DNA of 64,000 nucleotides from an uncultured Gemmatimonadaceae bacterium (GCA_963740565.1 CAVUFA010000003.1:48137-112136), one strand, 5' to 3'. Positions 17,714 through 28,784 are shown, counted from the stretch's first letter. Made by a program: numbers and translations. Notes: generated from the letters alone by a model not told the origin.

Positions 17714-19597
17714 TCGTGCGCATGGCGAAGATCCGCGTGGTCGGGACTCGTGAACGCCTGGCCGAAACGCTGCGTGTGCTTCAGGATTTCGGTCTGCTGC
17801 ACCTGGCGGAGAATACGCCGCACGGGCCGCTTGCCCCTCTGGCGCTTTCGCCCCACGACCTGCGACGGCGCCGTCAGCTCGTTCGACTCGTGGACGACGT
17901 CCAGTTTTCGCTGGATGCCCTCGGACTTCACCAGGAGATGGCGCCCGCGGCCGCGCCGGCGGAGGTGTCGGACCTGGCGCGCTGGGCGCGGCGTGCGCGC
18001 CGGGTCCGCCAACGCGTCGCCGAGCTGCTTGCCTCACAGGTGCGGCTCCAGGAGGAGCGGGCCCTCATCCAGCGATATCGTGAGCTCCTGGACGCCCTCG
18101 GCCCTCAACTGAAGAAACTCGCGCGCATGCCGAGGGTGGTCACGCATGCGGTGGTGATTCCGGCCGCCGAGCGATCGGCAGCCGAGGAAGTGATCGCCGC
18201 CTTACGCGCCCGTGGGAACGGCGATCGGCGGTGACGATGCAGCCGCTGCGCAGCGGAGACATCGTCGTGCTGATCGTGATGCCGGCACGGTCGGCCGAGA
18301 AGATCGAGCGCATGCTCACCGAGGCCCGGCTTCCCGAGGTGCCGCTCCCGTCCGGGTTCCGCGCGCGGTCGCTGACCGAGGCGGTGCCGATGATGGTGGC
18401 GCGTCTGGACGCGATCCCGCGCGAGGAAGGGGAAGCGGCTCGCGCACTTCGCGCCATTGGCACGAGGAGGGTCCCGAGCTGGGCAGCGCCCGGATCGCGG
18501 TCAGGACCTCTCGCGGGCTCGACGCGCTGGCACACTGCGGCATCACGTCGCGGCGTTCGCCTCGACGGATGGGTGCCGGCCATCCACAAGGCGCGGCTGA
18601 TGGATCTGCTGGCCGAAGGATCGGCTGACTGGTGGCGGTGGAGGAACTGGCCACCGAGGACTGGGTGGGTCAGGACGCGCCGGTGGTGTTGACCAATCCG
18701 CGCTTGTTTCGCCCGTTCGAAGTGCTGGTGCGGATGATGCCGCTGCCTCGTTATGGGTCGATCGACCCGACGCCATTCGTGGCGGTGTTTTTCCCGGTGT
18801 TCTTCGGGCTGATTCTGGGGGACGTCGGCTACGGGTTGATGCTGGCGGGCTGGGCCTTCTGTTGCACGCGCGGTCGAAACCGGGCTCTTTCGTGCGGGCG
18901 GCGGCGGAGATCATGGGTCCGTGCGCGGCCATGGCCATCGTCGCGGGCTTGCTGTTCGGTGAATTCTTCGGCGATGCGGCGGCGCCGCGTCCTGGGGCTG
19001 CGGCCACTCCTCCTCGATCGTGAGGAAGCGCTGTTCTCGTTCCTGCTGGTGGCGGTTGGCCTCGGCGTCGTGCACATCCTGCTCGGTCTGGTGCTCGGCG
19101 TGCTGACGCGGTGGAAGCACGAGCGTCGACACGCAATCGGCAGCGGTGTGGCCGCGCTGATGGTGGTGTTCATCATCCTCGCATTACTGGCCGCGCTGGA
19201 GATCCTGCCGCACGGGCTGCTCACGCCGAGCGTGATCGCACTCCTGGTGGCATTTCCGGTGCTCGTGGCGGCGGAGGGGATCATCGCGCCGGTGGAGTTT
19301 CTCTCCACGCTGGGCAACATCCTGTCCTATGCGCGTGTGATGGCGTTAGGCGTGGCGAGCGTGATGCTGGCGGTGGTGGCGAACCGGATGGCGGGCGCCG
19401 TGGGCAGCGCGGCGGTGGGGTTCCTCTTCGCGCTGCTGTTCCATCTCGTGAATTTCGCGATCGGCATTTTCAGTCCGACGATCCACGCGCTGCGTCTGCA
19501 TTACGTGGAGTTCTTCGGGAAGTTCTACAGTCCGGGCGGGCGGGCGTATGCGCCGTTGGCACACTGGCGGCCGGCGCCCGCGGCCGGCAGCAGGTAA
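17710..19597 (+). pseudogene. atpI: V/A-type ATPase subunit I (membrane a-subunit), multiply frameshifted
   Basis: Recognisable pieces lie in different frames. MAKIRVVGTRERLAETLRVLQDFGLLHL... ends at the stop at 18232-18234. LRSGDIVVLIVMPARSAEKIERMLTEARLPEVPLP follows in another frame. Then ELGSARIAV...LDALAHCGITS; LDGWVPAIHKARLMDLL; VAVEELATEDW...PTPFVAVFFPVFFGLILGDVGYGLML. Then LLHARSKPGSFVRAAAEIMGPCAAMAIVAGLLFGEFFGD in a third frame. Then LGLRPLLLDREEAL...LSYARVMALGVAS...IHALRLHYVEFFGKFY. At least 6 frame changes. Confidence 0.8.
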
Positions 19598-19617
19598 CCC
19601 TCTCCGATGGAGTGTAC

Positions 19618-19836
19618 ATGAGCACGTTGTGGATCCCTCTGGCAGCCGCGCTGGTGATGGCGATTTCGGCCCTCGCGACGGCGTGGGCGCAGTCGCGCAT
19701 CGGCGCGGCCGGCGCCGCGACGCTGGCCGAAAAGCCGGAGCTGACGAACACGATTGTCATTCTGGTGGCCATTCCGGAGACGATGACCATCCTCGGATTC
19801 GTGGTGGCGATGATGATGATTCTTCGCACAGTGTGA
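19618..19836 (+). CDS. atpK: V/A-type ATPase proteolipid subunit K (c-ring), intact
   Basis: 72 aa, two hydrophobic helices. Sequence MSTLWIPLAAALVMAISALATAWAQSRIGAAGAATLAEKPELTNTIVILVAIPETMTILGFVVAMMMIL, with the conserved carboxylate in IPET. Confidence 0.85.
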   Translation: MSTLWIPLAAALVMAISALATAWAQSRIGAAGAATLAEKPELTNTIVILVAIPETMTILGFVVAMMMILRTV

Positions 19837-19845
19837 GGTCGCGCA

Positions 19846-20474
19846 ATGGCGCTTGAAGCGCTGTTGGCGTCTCTCGCGCACGACGCCGAAGGCGAAGCCG
19901 AAGCCGTGCTGAGTGAGGCGCGCTCGGAAGCGGCACGCATCGGCGGCGGCGCGCACGCTGGTGGAGGAGCGGTGTGAGGTCGCGGTCGACCGGCGCAGCG
20001 AGGCGAGCTGGCGGCCGCAGCGGGATCGCGGCGCGCGCACGCTCCTTCACGAGGGACGGGCAAGTGTCTTCGTGCGCGGCGCGCATTTGCTCGATCTCAT
20101 CTTTCGCCAGGCCGCGGAGCGATTGCCGGGCGGCCCTGGCGGACGAGTCGAATGCCGGCGTTATGCGGCGCGCTGGCACGGGAGGCGGCGGCATACTTCC
20201 CCGCGAGGGGCTCGTAGGCGCGTTGCTCGGCGGCTCCTCGCCGAGGCGCTCGGCCGGCTGCCGCCGCGTCGGGTATCGGCGGGTTCGGGAGGATGACACG
20301 GTGACCGCGGGCGTCGTGCTCGAGACACAGGACGGATCGGCGCGCGTGGACAGGACGCTCGTTGAACGCCTGCGCCGCCTCCGCCCAATCCTTTCGATCG
20401 CTGTGCTCTCGCGTCTGAACGCCGCGGAACCGGCGGCGCGCGCGGGCCGTGACGACACCGGAGCCATCGAATGA
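19846..20474 (+). pseudogene. atpE: V/A-type ATPase subunit E, frameshifted
   Basis: MALEALLASLAHDAEGEAEAVLSEARSEAARI runs into a TGA. The continuation AAARTLVEERCEVAVDRRSEA...LLDLIFRQAAERLPG is in a second frame. The conserved C-terminus AGVVLETQDGSARVDRTLVERLRRLRPILSIAVLSRL is in a third frame. At least 2 frame changes. Confidence 0.7.
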
Positions 20475-21497
20475 GACGCGGCTGGGAGGATGTCGCCGCC
20501 CGCGTCCGGGGGCTCGCGACCCACGTGCTGACCCGTGCCACCATCGCGCAGCTCGGTCATGCGCGCGACTGTCGCAGCTCGCCGCGCAATCTGGGAGCAT
20601 GCGTTAGGCGCCCCCGCACGGAGACGCGCGGCCCGAGCGGCTGGAGCTCGGCGCGCGGCGTCACGCCGCCGGCGCCCTTCGGGTGGTGGCGCGATGGAGC
20701 GGCGACCGGGTCGGTCTGCTCGAACCGATCTACCTCGACGAGGACCGGCGAAGTGTTCGCGCGCTGCTGCGGGGAGCAGCCGCCGGAAGGAGCGCCGAGC
20801 GAGCGTCTCGCCGGTGTGGTTCCAACTCCGGCGCTGCCGGAGCGCGCGCTCGAGGAGTTGGCTCGTCAGCCCTCGACAACCCGGATCGTCGCGCTGCTGG
20901 CCGCCTGGGGGCATCCGTTCGGGCACGCATTGCTGCCGGAAGGACGCGCCTCGCGGCCGGATTTGCTCCGCCTGGAGCAGGCGATGAATCGGGCGTATGC
21001 GGCCCGCGCGCTGAAGGCGGCACGGCGCGCGCCGCGCCCGGACGGCGCACGACGCGACCTGCTTGGCTTTGTGCGGCGCACCATCGACTGGAAAACGCGT
21101 GGACGGCGCTGCAGCTCGCCGCGGAGCCGGACCGCACGGATCCCGGCGCGTTCTTCGTTGACGGCGGCGAGCAGCTTTCGCGGACGGCATTTGTGGCCGC
21201 AGCGTCGTCGACGAACGTGGTATCGGCGGAGGCGCTGCTCCACCGCGCTTTTCGCGGGGACATCACTCGCGGGTGCGTTCGGACCGGCACGACAGCGCGC
21301 ATGGGAAGATGCCGCGCTCACCGCGCAGCTCCGCGATGCGCTCGTGGCGGCGCGGCGGGAACCACTCGGTGTTGCTCCACTCGATTGCCCTCGTGCTGCG
21401 AATCCGCGCCGAGCTCCGTGATCTGCGACTGGTCATCTGGCGCGTTGCCTCTGGTGCGCCGGCTGTGCGGCCTGAAGATCTCATGAGTCCCGCATGA
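20471..21497 (+). pseudogene. atpC: V/A-type ATPase subunit C (d-type), multiply frameshifted
   Basis: Conserved blocks alternate between the three frames: MRRGWEDVAARVRGLATHVL; WSGDRVGLLEPIYLDEDRRSVRALLRGAAAG; LPERALEELARQPSTTRIVALLAAWGHPFGHAL...LEQAMNRAYAARALKAA; LENAWTALQLAAEPDRTDPGAFFVDGGEQLS; VLLHSIALVLRIRAELRDLRLVIWRVASGAP. Roughly 6 frame changes. ATGA overlaps with the neighbouring genes are kept at both ends. Confidence 0.7.
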
Positions 21498-21820
21498 ACG
21501 CCCTCCGTGTGATCGCCGGTCCCGTGGCGGCGGCGGGATTCGCGCTGGCGGGGATTCAGGTGGTGGAGGCCGCGGACGCCGCCGATGGCGCCGCGTTGAT
21601 TCGCGCGCACGCGGCCCGGCCCGATGCCGGCATGCTGCTGGTGCAGGAGGATTTCCTGCAGGCCGTCAGCGCCGCCGAACGCCAGGAGATGATGGGTCGC
21701 GCGTCTCCGATCATCGTGCCGTTCCCGGCGCCGTCCTGGGCCGAGGCCCTGGTGCCGGCCGAATCGTACGTCCTGGAGCTGCTGCGACGGGCGATCGGAT
21801 ATCGCGTGAGGCTGCAATGA
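21494..21820 (+). CDS. atpF: V/A-type ATPase subunit F, intact
   Basis: 108 aa. Sequence MNALRVIAGPVAAAGFALAGIQVVEA...GMLLVQEDFLQAV...IIVPFP. ATGA overlaps with C upstream and A downstream. Confidence 0.8.
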   Translation: MNALRVIAGPVAAAGFALAGIQVVEAADAADGAALIRAHAARPDAGMLLVQEDFLQAVSAAERQEMMGRASPIIVPFPAPSWAEALVPAESYVLELLRRAIGYRVRLQ

Positions 21821-23592
21821 CCGCGACAACGGCGCCTGGTGCGGTGTGCGCGAGGATCGTGCGCATATCCGGCGTGCTCGTGGAAGCGCGGCCGGCTCGC
21901 GACGCGTTCCTGTACGAGCTGGCGCTGGTCGGAGACCGCGAATTGCTCGGCGAGGTGATCCGGCTGGACGGCGACACGGCCACGCTCCAGGTCTACGAGG
22001 ATACGCGCGGCGTGGCGTTAGGCGAGGCGGTGAGCCTCACGAGAAGTACCCTTACGGCGCAGCTCGGGCCCGGGCTCATCGGGTCGATTCTCGACGGAAC
22101 GGGACGCCCGCTCGACCGGCTCGCTGCCACGTATGGTGATTATCTGTCCCCCGGCGTGCGTGCCGACACGCTGGACGCCTCCCGCCGCTGGCGCTTCGAC
22201 GCCGCACTGCACGCCGGCGACCGCGTGGACGGCGGGTCGGTCCTCGGCACTGTGGATGAGCGTCCCGGGTTCCTGCATCGCATCATGGTGCCGCCCTCGG
22301 TGACCGGGGTCATTCGTGAGTTCGCGGGGCGGGGACTACACGATCGAGGAACCGGTGGGTTCGCTCGAAGACGGTACGCCACTGATGCTGACGCAGCGGT
22401 GGCCCGTGCGGCTGGCGCGGCCCATCGCGCAGCGCCTTCCCGGAGACCGCCCATTCATCACCGGGCAGCGGGTCTTCGACTTCTTCTTCCCGGTGGCGGA
22501 GGGCGCGAGCGCCGCGGCACCGGGCGGGTTCGGCACCGGGAAGACGGTGATCGAGCACTCACTGGCCAAGTTCGCGGACGCGGATCTGGTGGTGTTCGTG
22601 GGATGCGGCGAGCGCGGCAACGAGATGACCGAAGTGCTCGAGGAGTTCCCGCGGCTCATCGACCCGCGTACCGGGCACTCGATCATGGATCGCGCGATTC
22701 TGGTGGTGAACACGTCCAACATGCCGGTGGCGGCGCGTGAGGCATCGATCTACCTGGGCGCGACGATCGCCGAGTACTACCGCGACATGGGGTACCGGGT
22801 GGCGGTGATGGTGGACAGCGTGTCGCGCTGGGCGGAGGCGTTGCGGGAGATTTCCGCGCGGCTGCAGGAGATGCCCGGCGAGGAAGGGTTCCCGCCGTAT
22901 CTCGCAACGCGGCTGGGCCATTTCTTCGAGCGCGCCGGACGGTGCCAGAGCGTTAGGCGCCCCGGGCGCGACGGCGCCGTGACGATCGTGAGCGCCATCT
23001 CGCCGCCGGGAGGCGACTTCTCCGAGCCGGTGACGCAGGCGGCGCTCCGGGTGACGGGCGCGTTGTGGGCGCTCGATCCCTCGCTCGCGCACCAGCGCCA
23101 TTTCCCGGCGGTGAACTGGGATACGAGTTACTCGCTCTATGCCGACGCCTGCGCGCCCTGGTTCCGCGAGCACGTGGGCGAGGACTGGCCCGCACTACGC
23201 GAGGAGTTGATGTCGCTGCTCCAGCGCGAACGCGAACTGCGCGACATCGCCGCACTGGTGGGGCCCGAGTCGCTGGAGCCGCGGGACCGTCTCGTCATGG
23301 AAATCGCCGCCACCGTGCGCGACATCATGCTCCGGCAGAACGCCTATCACCCGCACGACGGCGCGTCGTCGGTGGAGAAGACGTACGCGCTGGCGCTGGC
23401 GTATGCGCGAACTGTACCACTCGGCCCTGGCGTCGCTGGACGCGGGCACGTCGATGGGACGAATCGATCTGGAGCCGGCGCGGCGCGCGTTGGCGCGACT
23501 GCGGGACGCGGCGCCCGATGAGCTCGAGCGCTTTCGCGAGGAGGCAATGTCGGCGGCCGAGTCTCGAGTCGCGGGTCGCGAGTCTCGAGTGA
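21817..23592 (+). pseudogene. atpA: V/A-type ATPase catalytic subunit A, frameshifted
   Basis: N-terminal barrel ...[10 protein letters not shown] is in ORF 21817..22740. The rest is in ORF 22316..23521 ([10 protein letters not shown]..., Walker [60 protein letters not shown]). The tail [14 protein letters not shown]... is in a third frame. At least 3 frame changes, at about 22325, about 23400 and before 23590. The stop is taken as the TGA at 23590-23592, which is in the starting frame. Confidence 0.85.
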
Positions 23593-23607
23593 TGGAGAGG
23601 GCGCGTC

Positions 23608-25022
23608 ATGACTCGCATTCCACGGACCTATCACGGCGCTCGCTCGGCGGCGGGGCCGTTGCTCTTTCTCGACCGCACGTATCGCGCGGCGCTCGGGGAG
23701 TGGGTACTGGTGCACTCCGCCGGGCAACCCGATCGGCGCGGCCAGGTGATCGACGCCGGAGACACGATGACCGTGGTGCAGGTGCTCGATGACACGGTCG
23801 GACTGGCGCCGAGCGTCGTCGGATATCACGCTGACCGGCGACGTGGCGACGGCAGTGGTGGGACGCGAGCTGCTGGGGCGCGCATTCACGGGAGCGGGGG
23901 TGCCCATGGATGGCCTGCCGGCGCCCATCGGCGAAGCGATCCGGTCGGTGGAGGGCGCACCGATGAATCCGGCGCGGCGCGCCCGGCCTAACGACTTCAT
24001 CGAAACCGGCATTTCGGCCATCGACGGACTCAATACGCTGGTGCGCGGACAGAAGCTCCCGATCTTCGCCGGACCCGGGCTGCCTGGGCTGCGACTGGCC
24101 GCGCAGATCGTGGAAGGCGCACGCGCGCCGCACGACGAGCCGTTCGCGGTAGTGTTCGTCGCCGTGGGGATCACCGCGCGTGAGACCGACGAGTTCCTCA
24201 CGCGGTTCCGGGAGAGCGGCGCGCTGGAACGGACGGTGCTGTACCTCAACGAAGCCGGACATCCGGCCGTGGAACGGCTGCTTGCGCCGAGGCTCGGGCT
24301 CACGGCGGCGGAGTTCCTGGCGTTCGACGCCGGGATGCACGTGCTGGTGGTGATCGCCGACATGACGCACTACTGCGAGGCCTTGCGCGAGATCGCCACC
24401 GCACGCGAGGAGATTCCGGGACGGCGCGGCTATCCCGGATACATGTACACGGACCTGGCGAGTCTCTACGAGCGTGCGGGGGTGTTGTCCGGACACGCGG
24501 GGTCGATCACGCAGATTCCGATCGTCACGATGCCTGACGACGACATCACGCATCCCATTCCGGACCTCACCGGCTACATCACCGAGGGACAGATCGTTCT
24601 GGATCGGGAGATGCACCGGCGCGCACTGTACCCGCCAATCGACGTCCTGCCATCGCTGTCGCGACTCATGAACGCGGGCATCGGGCAGGGGCGGACGAGG
24701 CCGGATCATCGCGAGTGGTCGGATCAGCTCTATGCCACGTACGCACGCGGTCGTGAGGCGCGCACGATGGCGGCAATTCTCGGCGAGTCCGGGTTGCCAC
24801 CCGCTGACCGCCGCGCCCTCGCGTTTGCGGATCGATTCGAGCGGGAATTCGTCGCGCAGGGCGCCGCGCGGCGCTCGATCGCGGACACGTTGGCGCTGGG
24901 CTGGCAGCTGCTGGAGTCGCTGCCGCGGGAAGATCTGGTCGCGCATCAGCGACGCGTGCTGGCAGGCGCGTCGCGCGAACGCCGGCGGCGACACGACGTC
25001 GCAGCGCGAGCCGGACACGTGA
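23608..25022 (+). pseudogene. atpB: V/A-type ATPase subunit B, frameshifted
   Basis: MTRIPRTYHGARSAAGPLLFLDR...[12 protein letters not shown] is in ORF 23608..23991. The continuation [30 protein letters not shown]...[23 protein letters not shown]...[18 protein letters not shown]...[14 protein letters not shown] is in ORF 23789..25363. The tail RISDA... and the stop at 25020-25022 are in a third frame. At least 2 frame changes. Confidence 0.85.
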
Positions 25023-25024
25023 CG

Positions 25025-25666
25025 ATGCCGGGGATGCGTCTGGCGGCCACGCGCGTGAATCTGCTGCGCGCCCGGCGCCAACTGGTGCAGGTGGAGACAG
25101 GGCGCCGTGCTGTTGCGGCGGCAGCGGGAAGCGCTTGTGCGCGAGCTCTTCCATCTGGCCCGCCCGGCGGTCGACATGCGCGAGCGCATCGCCGACGGCA
25201 TTTGTCCGAGGCGTACGCCGGGCGTGCTCGGAGCGATCGCGATCCACGGGCGCGCGGGGCTTCGCGCGTTGTCGTGGCCATCCCGCGACATCGCGCTCCG
25301 CCTGGTACCGGCGCAGGTGTGGGGCATCAGCGTCTCGGACATCGTGGAGCGTCCGCCCGCTGAAGCGGACGCTGGATGCGCGCGGGGTGGCGCCCGGAAC
25401 CGCCGGGCCCACGGTACGTCGCGGACCGCATCACGGTTCGAGTCACTCGCGGAGCAACTGATCGACGCGGCGGCGGCGGAGCAGCGCATCCGGCGGATCG
25501 GCGAGGCCGTGGCGCTGAGCTCGCGGCGGGTGCGCACGCTGGAGCAACGCGTGGTACCCCAACTCAACGCGCAGATCGCTGAGCCTCAAGCAGACGCTCG
25601 AGGAGCGGGAGCGGGAGGAGCATCTGCGCTTGAAGCATGTGCAGCGGCGGATGAGGCGCGGCTGAT
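25025..25666 (+). pseudogene. atpD: V/A-type ATPase subunit D, frameshifted
   Basis: [26 protein letters not shown], then [28 protein letters not shown]...SSRRVRTLEQRVVPQLNAQI in a second frame, then LKQTLEERERE-EHLRLKHVQRR and the TGA at 25664-25666 in a third frame. Confidence 0.75.
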
Positions 25667-25810
25667 CAGGGTTCGCTCCGCATGGAGTGGCGAGCGCGGG
25701 GCCGCATGTGCCGATCGCGAGTCCGTTTGCGTGAGGGACTCGCCCCCGTCGAGAATCCTAACGACGCCCGCCTGTGGCACAATCGCTCGTTGGAGGGGGA
25801 TAATGCCGCG

Positions 25811-26362
25811 TCAGTTCCGTGGTCGAGCTGTCGTGACCGCCGGGAGCGGAGACGCCTCGCCGGGATAGGTGATCGTGGTGCCCCGGACCCTGGCAAAAGG
25901 CGTGAGCGTGCGCACCTGGCAGCGCGTGCGGCTCACGATCTCCTCGCAGCGGATGCCACGAGCCAGCAAGGCATCAGCGATGAGCGCCCGATGACAGCGC
26001 CACGGGACCGCTTCGGCGCACATCACCGCCACGCATTCCCGGTTCGCCCACTCGATCAACTCTTCCAGGCCCCGTTCGAATTCCGGGGTCGCCATGTAAT
26101 CCGCAAACCCGCGAAAGGAAACGTTGCGCCAACCCAGATTGAGCGAATCGCGCTTCCCATGACGAAGCCCGCCGAGCGCGGGCAGGTGAACGTAGCCCAA
26201 TCCGGCCTTCTGCAATTCGCCTGGCAACGAGGTCTTGTTGAACTGCGGGTTGTGCCGGGACCGCGGTACCGTCCGCACGTCCACGACACGAGTTACCTCG
26301 TGTGCCCGGAGCAGGCCGGTGAATTCCTCGAGCGAGCGGGTGGAATGCCCGATCGTCAGCAC
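25811..26362 (-). CDS. DUF488 domain-containing protein
   Basis: MLTIGHSTRSLEEFTGLLRAHEVTRVVDVRTVPRSRHNPQFN...VAVMCAEAVPWRCHRALIADAL matches my memory of the DUF488 family pattern. Confidence 0.8.
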   Translation of the reverse strand: MLTIGHSTRSLEEFTGLLRAHEVTRVVDVRTVPRSRHNPQFNKTSLPGELQKAGLGYVHLPALGGLRHGKRDSLNLGWRNVSFRGFADYMATPEFERGLEELIEWANRECVAVMCAEAVPWRCHRALIADALLARGIRCEEIVSRTRCQVRTLTPFARVRGTTITYPGEASPLPAVTTARPRN

Positions 26363-26719
26363 GATGGGCGAACGAACAGCGCGGTGAGGTCCTCGCCGGT
26401 CCCGCTCGCCCGGCCCGTCAACTCCTCGGGGAGTGGCGTACCGCCTTCGAGCTGAGGAGCATCGGGGCGACTCGTCTCTTCGCCGTGGTCACGAGGCTTC
26501 CTGCCGGACTTGCCGTCGGTAGACATGCGATCTCTAGGCCTGCGGGCGGCGCGCCTTGTAGACTTTCGGAGTCGCCGGCCGCCGGGGCCGCGCACGCGGG
26601 CAGCGGGGACATCGAACGCAGCGCTCCAGCGCACGGGAGCGCCGAGCATACGGCCGCCGCGCGCGGAGACCGTCACCAGAACGGCGCGTGCGGTAGCTTT
26701 CCAACGCACCGCGTGTGGC

Positions 26720-26950
26720 CTAACGATGCCTGCTCAGCATGAGCGCACGTAATCGACGGTGGATCCAGCTATCCACCCCGGCGAAGACGCCCGGGGTGTC
26801 CGCGAGGCGGAAGTACGCCTTCCATCCCACGAGATAGCTCCGCAGCCTCGCCGCAACTTGCGCGAGGCTCCGGCCGCCGGACCGGGTGGTGATCGCTCGG
26901 ACGCGGTCCTTCATCGCCTTCAGGGCCTTCGGAGCGACGCGGCGTTTCAC
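26720..26950 (-). mobile_element. Remnant of a group II intron reverse transcriptase/maturase (C-terminal maturase segment only)
   Basis: The 76-aa ORF KALKAMKDRVRAITTRSGGRSLAQVAARLRSYLVGWKAYFRLADTPGVFAGVDSWIHRRLRAL carries the maturase-domain pattern (..GW..YF....ld.Wi.rRLR). No RT domain or intron RNA domains were recognised around it. Confidence 0.55.
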
Positions 26951-26975
26951 GATCGGACCCGGGACACGTTCGCCG

Positions 26976-27173
26976 GGGCTCGCAACTGTCGTGGCGACGT
27001 TGTGGCCAATTGGCGATGAGGGCGCCGCGTCGTTCGGCGAGCGGTTCTACGTCCCCTTGCGAACGGCGCCGCCGGCTGAAGCACTGGCTGCCGCCCAGCG
27101 CGACGTGCTGCGTAGTTCGCGATTCGCGGCACCCTTCTACTGGGCCGGCTACCAGGTGATCGGCGACAACGAA
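26976..27173 (+). pseudogene. C-terminal fragment of a CHAT-domain protein
   Basis: GLATVVATLWPIGDEGAASFGERFYVPLRTAPPAEALAAAQRDVLRSSRFAAPFYWAGYQVIGDNE matches the usual CHAT C-terminal end (LW.v.D....f...FY..l.....AL..AQ......P.yWA.f.l.G). There is no upstream CHAT body, and it abuts the intron remnant. Confidence 0.5.
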
Positions 27174-27242
27174 GGGCTGCCGATATCGCACAGGTCGGCA
27201 TCACCGCCCGTTTCACAAATGTACGTACCCTGGGAGCGAGTA

Positions 27243-28784
27243 ATGGACCTGTCGAGAACGTCCGCGACTTTGGCGGCGCGAACGCTGACTGTCCCGGCGT
27301 TCCTCGTGTTATGGGCCTGCACCGGCGATCCGGCTACGTCCGCAGTGGACGTCGCTTCGGTGTCTGTTTCACCAGCCAGCGCATCGATTCAGGTCGGTAC
27401 AACGATTCCGTTGACTGCAGTGCTTAGAGATGCGGGCGGCGCGACCCTGGCGGGTCGCACGATAAACTGGTCATCGAGCAACGCCGCCATCGCGACCGTA
27501 TCAGGAACGGGGATGGTCACCGGCGTGGCATCCGGCGGCGTAGCCACCATCGTCGCGGCCAGCGGCGGTCGGAGCGGCAGTGCGGAAATCACGGTGACGT
27601 CTGCGCACGTGGCCACCGTGACGGTTTCCCCCGACACGGTATCTCTCGGGAAGAGCATGACCGTGCTGCTCACGGCCATACCACGCAATGCTCAAGGAGC
27701 TCCCGTCAATGGCACAGTCTTCGCCTGGGCGTCATCGAATTCCGCGGTCGCGATGGTGTCGGCATACGGCCTCGTTACCGCGATGGCACAAGGCGACGCG
27801 ACGGTAACGGCAACGAGTGAAGGCAAGAGCGGATCGGCGCACGTCAGCGTCTCCTGTTGCGAGTACAGCACGCCGAACACTTATACAGTTGATGCGGCCG
27901 GATCGATGAACGTTCATGACGACGTGCACCACCGCGATATCACGGTGCTGGTTCGGCTTCCCCTTGATGCGCCGCGGCCACTTCCTGTCATCATTTTCTC
28001 ACCGGGAGGCACTGTCTATCCCGACGGATCGTTGGCAGGAGAACGTTGGGGAAATCTCCTGGCGAGCGCAGGGTTCGCGGTGATCCACCTGAACGCCTCC
28101 GACATTGAGCCTAACGCTCTCTGCAGCGAATTCCATGTTCCCGCGGCTGAATGTGAGCCAGCCGATTTCAATACTGAGGTTTCGCTCGGTGGCACTCTCC
28201 CCGCGATCCGAGTCGCCCGCGCGAGAGACGCCAGTGCGGTCCTTGATCAACTCACTTTGATCGCCAACGCGTTCGGCGTTCAGTTCGACCCATTGCACGT
28301 CGCGGTCGCAGGGTGGTCCGGTGGCGCTCACACGGTCATGCTCCTCGCCGGCGCCACGGTCGACATCTCACGATCGGTGAAGTCAGTCTCCATGGCAGAC
28401 ACGCGATTCACGGCCTTCCTGGCGGCCTCGCCCATGGGCATTGGCCGGGCAGGCTTCACCGAGACGTCGTGGGCCCTTGTCGGCAGTCCCGTCATGATCG
28501 AGACCGGATCCAATGACTTCGCCGTGATTGGTCCAGCCAACCGCCGCCAGGTGTTTACCCAGATGCCGCCAGGGAACAAATACGAGGCCTACTTTGTTTC
28601 CCCCGAAGCCTCTCACTCCGCGTTTGGTATGTCCTTGGGAGATCCCTTGGAACTGTTCATCGGGGGCACAGGGCTCACGTTCCTCGATGCCTACGTCCGA
28701 GGCATGCCGGCGGCCCGCACTTGGCTCACCACCAACCAGCTCGCGCGCTGGAGCGCCGGCGTCGGACGGGTGACCGCGAAGTAG
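27243..28784 (+). CDS. Lipoprotein with two Big_2 (bacterial Ig-like) domains and a C-terminal alpha/beta-hydrolase-like domain
   Basis: Inner ATG at 27243 (MDLSRTSATLAARTLTVPAFLVLWAC, lipobox L-W-A-C). Two repeats of the Big_2 pattern (VSVSPASASIQVGTTIPLTAVLRD...WSSSNAAIATVSGTGMVTGVASG and VTVSPDTVSLGKSMTVLLTAIPRN...WASSNSAVAMVSAYGLVTAMAQG). Then a G-x-S-x-G-like nucleophile elbow, VAVAGWSGGAH. Confidence 0.75.
   Translation: MDLSRTSATLAARTLTVPAFLVLWACTGDPATSAVDVASVSVSPASASIQVGTTIPLTAVLRDAGGATLAGRTINWSSSNAAIATVSGTGMVTGVASGGVATIVAASGGRSGSAEITVTSAHVATVTVSPDTVSLGKSMTVLLTAIPRNAQGAPVNGTVFAWASSNSAVAMVSAYGLVTAMAQGDATVTATSEGKSGSAHVSVSCCEYSTPNTYTVDAAGSMNVHDDVHHRDITVLVRLPLDAPRPLPVIIFSPGGTVYPDGSLAGERWGNLLASAGFAVIHLNASDIEPNALCSEFHVPAAECEPADFNTEVSLGGTLPAIRVARARDASAVLDQLTLIANAFGVQFDPLHVAVAGWSGGAHTVMLLAGATVDISRSVKSVSMADTRFTAFLAASPMGIGRAGFTETSWALVGSPVMIETGSNDFAVIGPANRRQVFTQMPPGNKYEAYFVSPEASHSAFGMSLGDPLELFIGGTGLTFLDAYVRGMPAARTWLTTNQLARWSAGVGRVTAK

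Noticed and set aside
17710-25666. Programmed ribosomal frameshifting or translational recoding as an explanation for the split V-ATPase genes.
   Set aside because: There are about twenty shifts in both directions, at non-homologous sites, with no slippery heptamers noticed. Some are accompanied by in-frame stops. That is incompatible with any known programmed mechanism.
26356-26709. A 117-aa ORF upstream of the DUF488 gene (or its 56-aa inner version from the ATG at 26526).
   Set aside because: Arg/Gly/Pro-rich, with no motif, no clear RBS, and overlapping other equally open frames. There is not enough evidence to call a gene.
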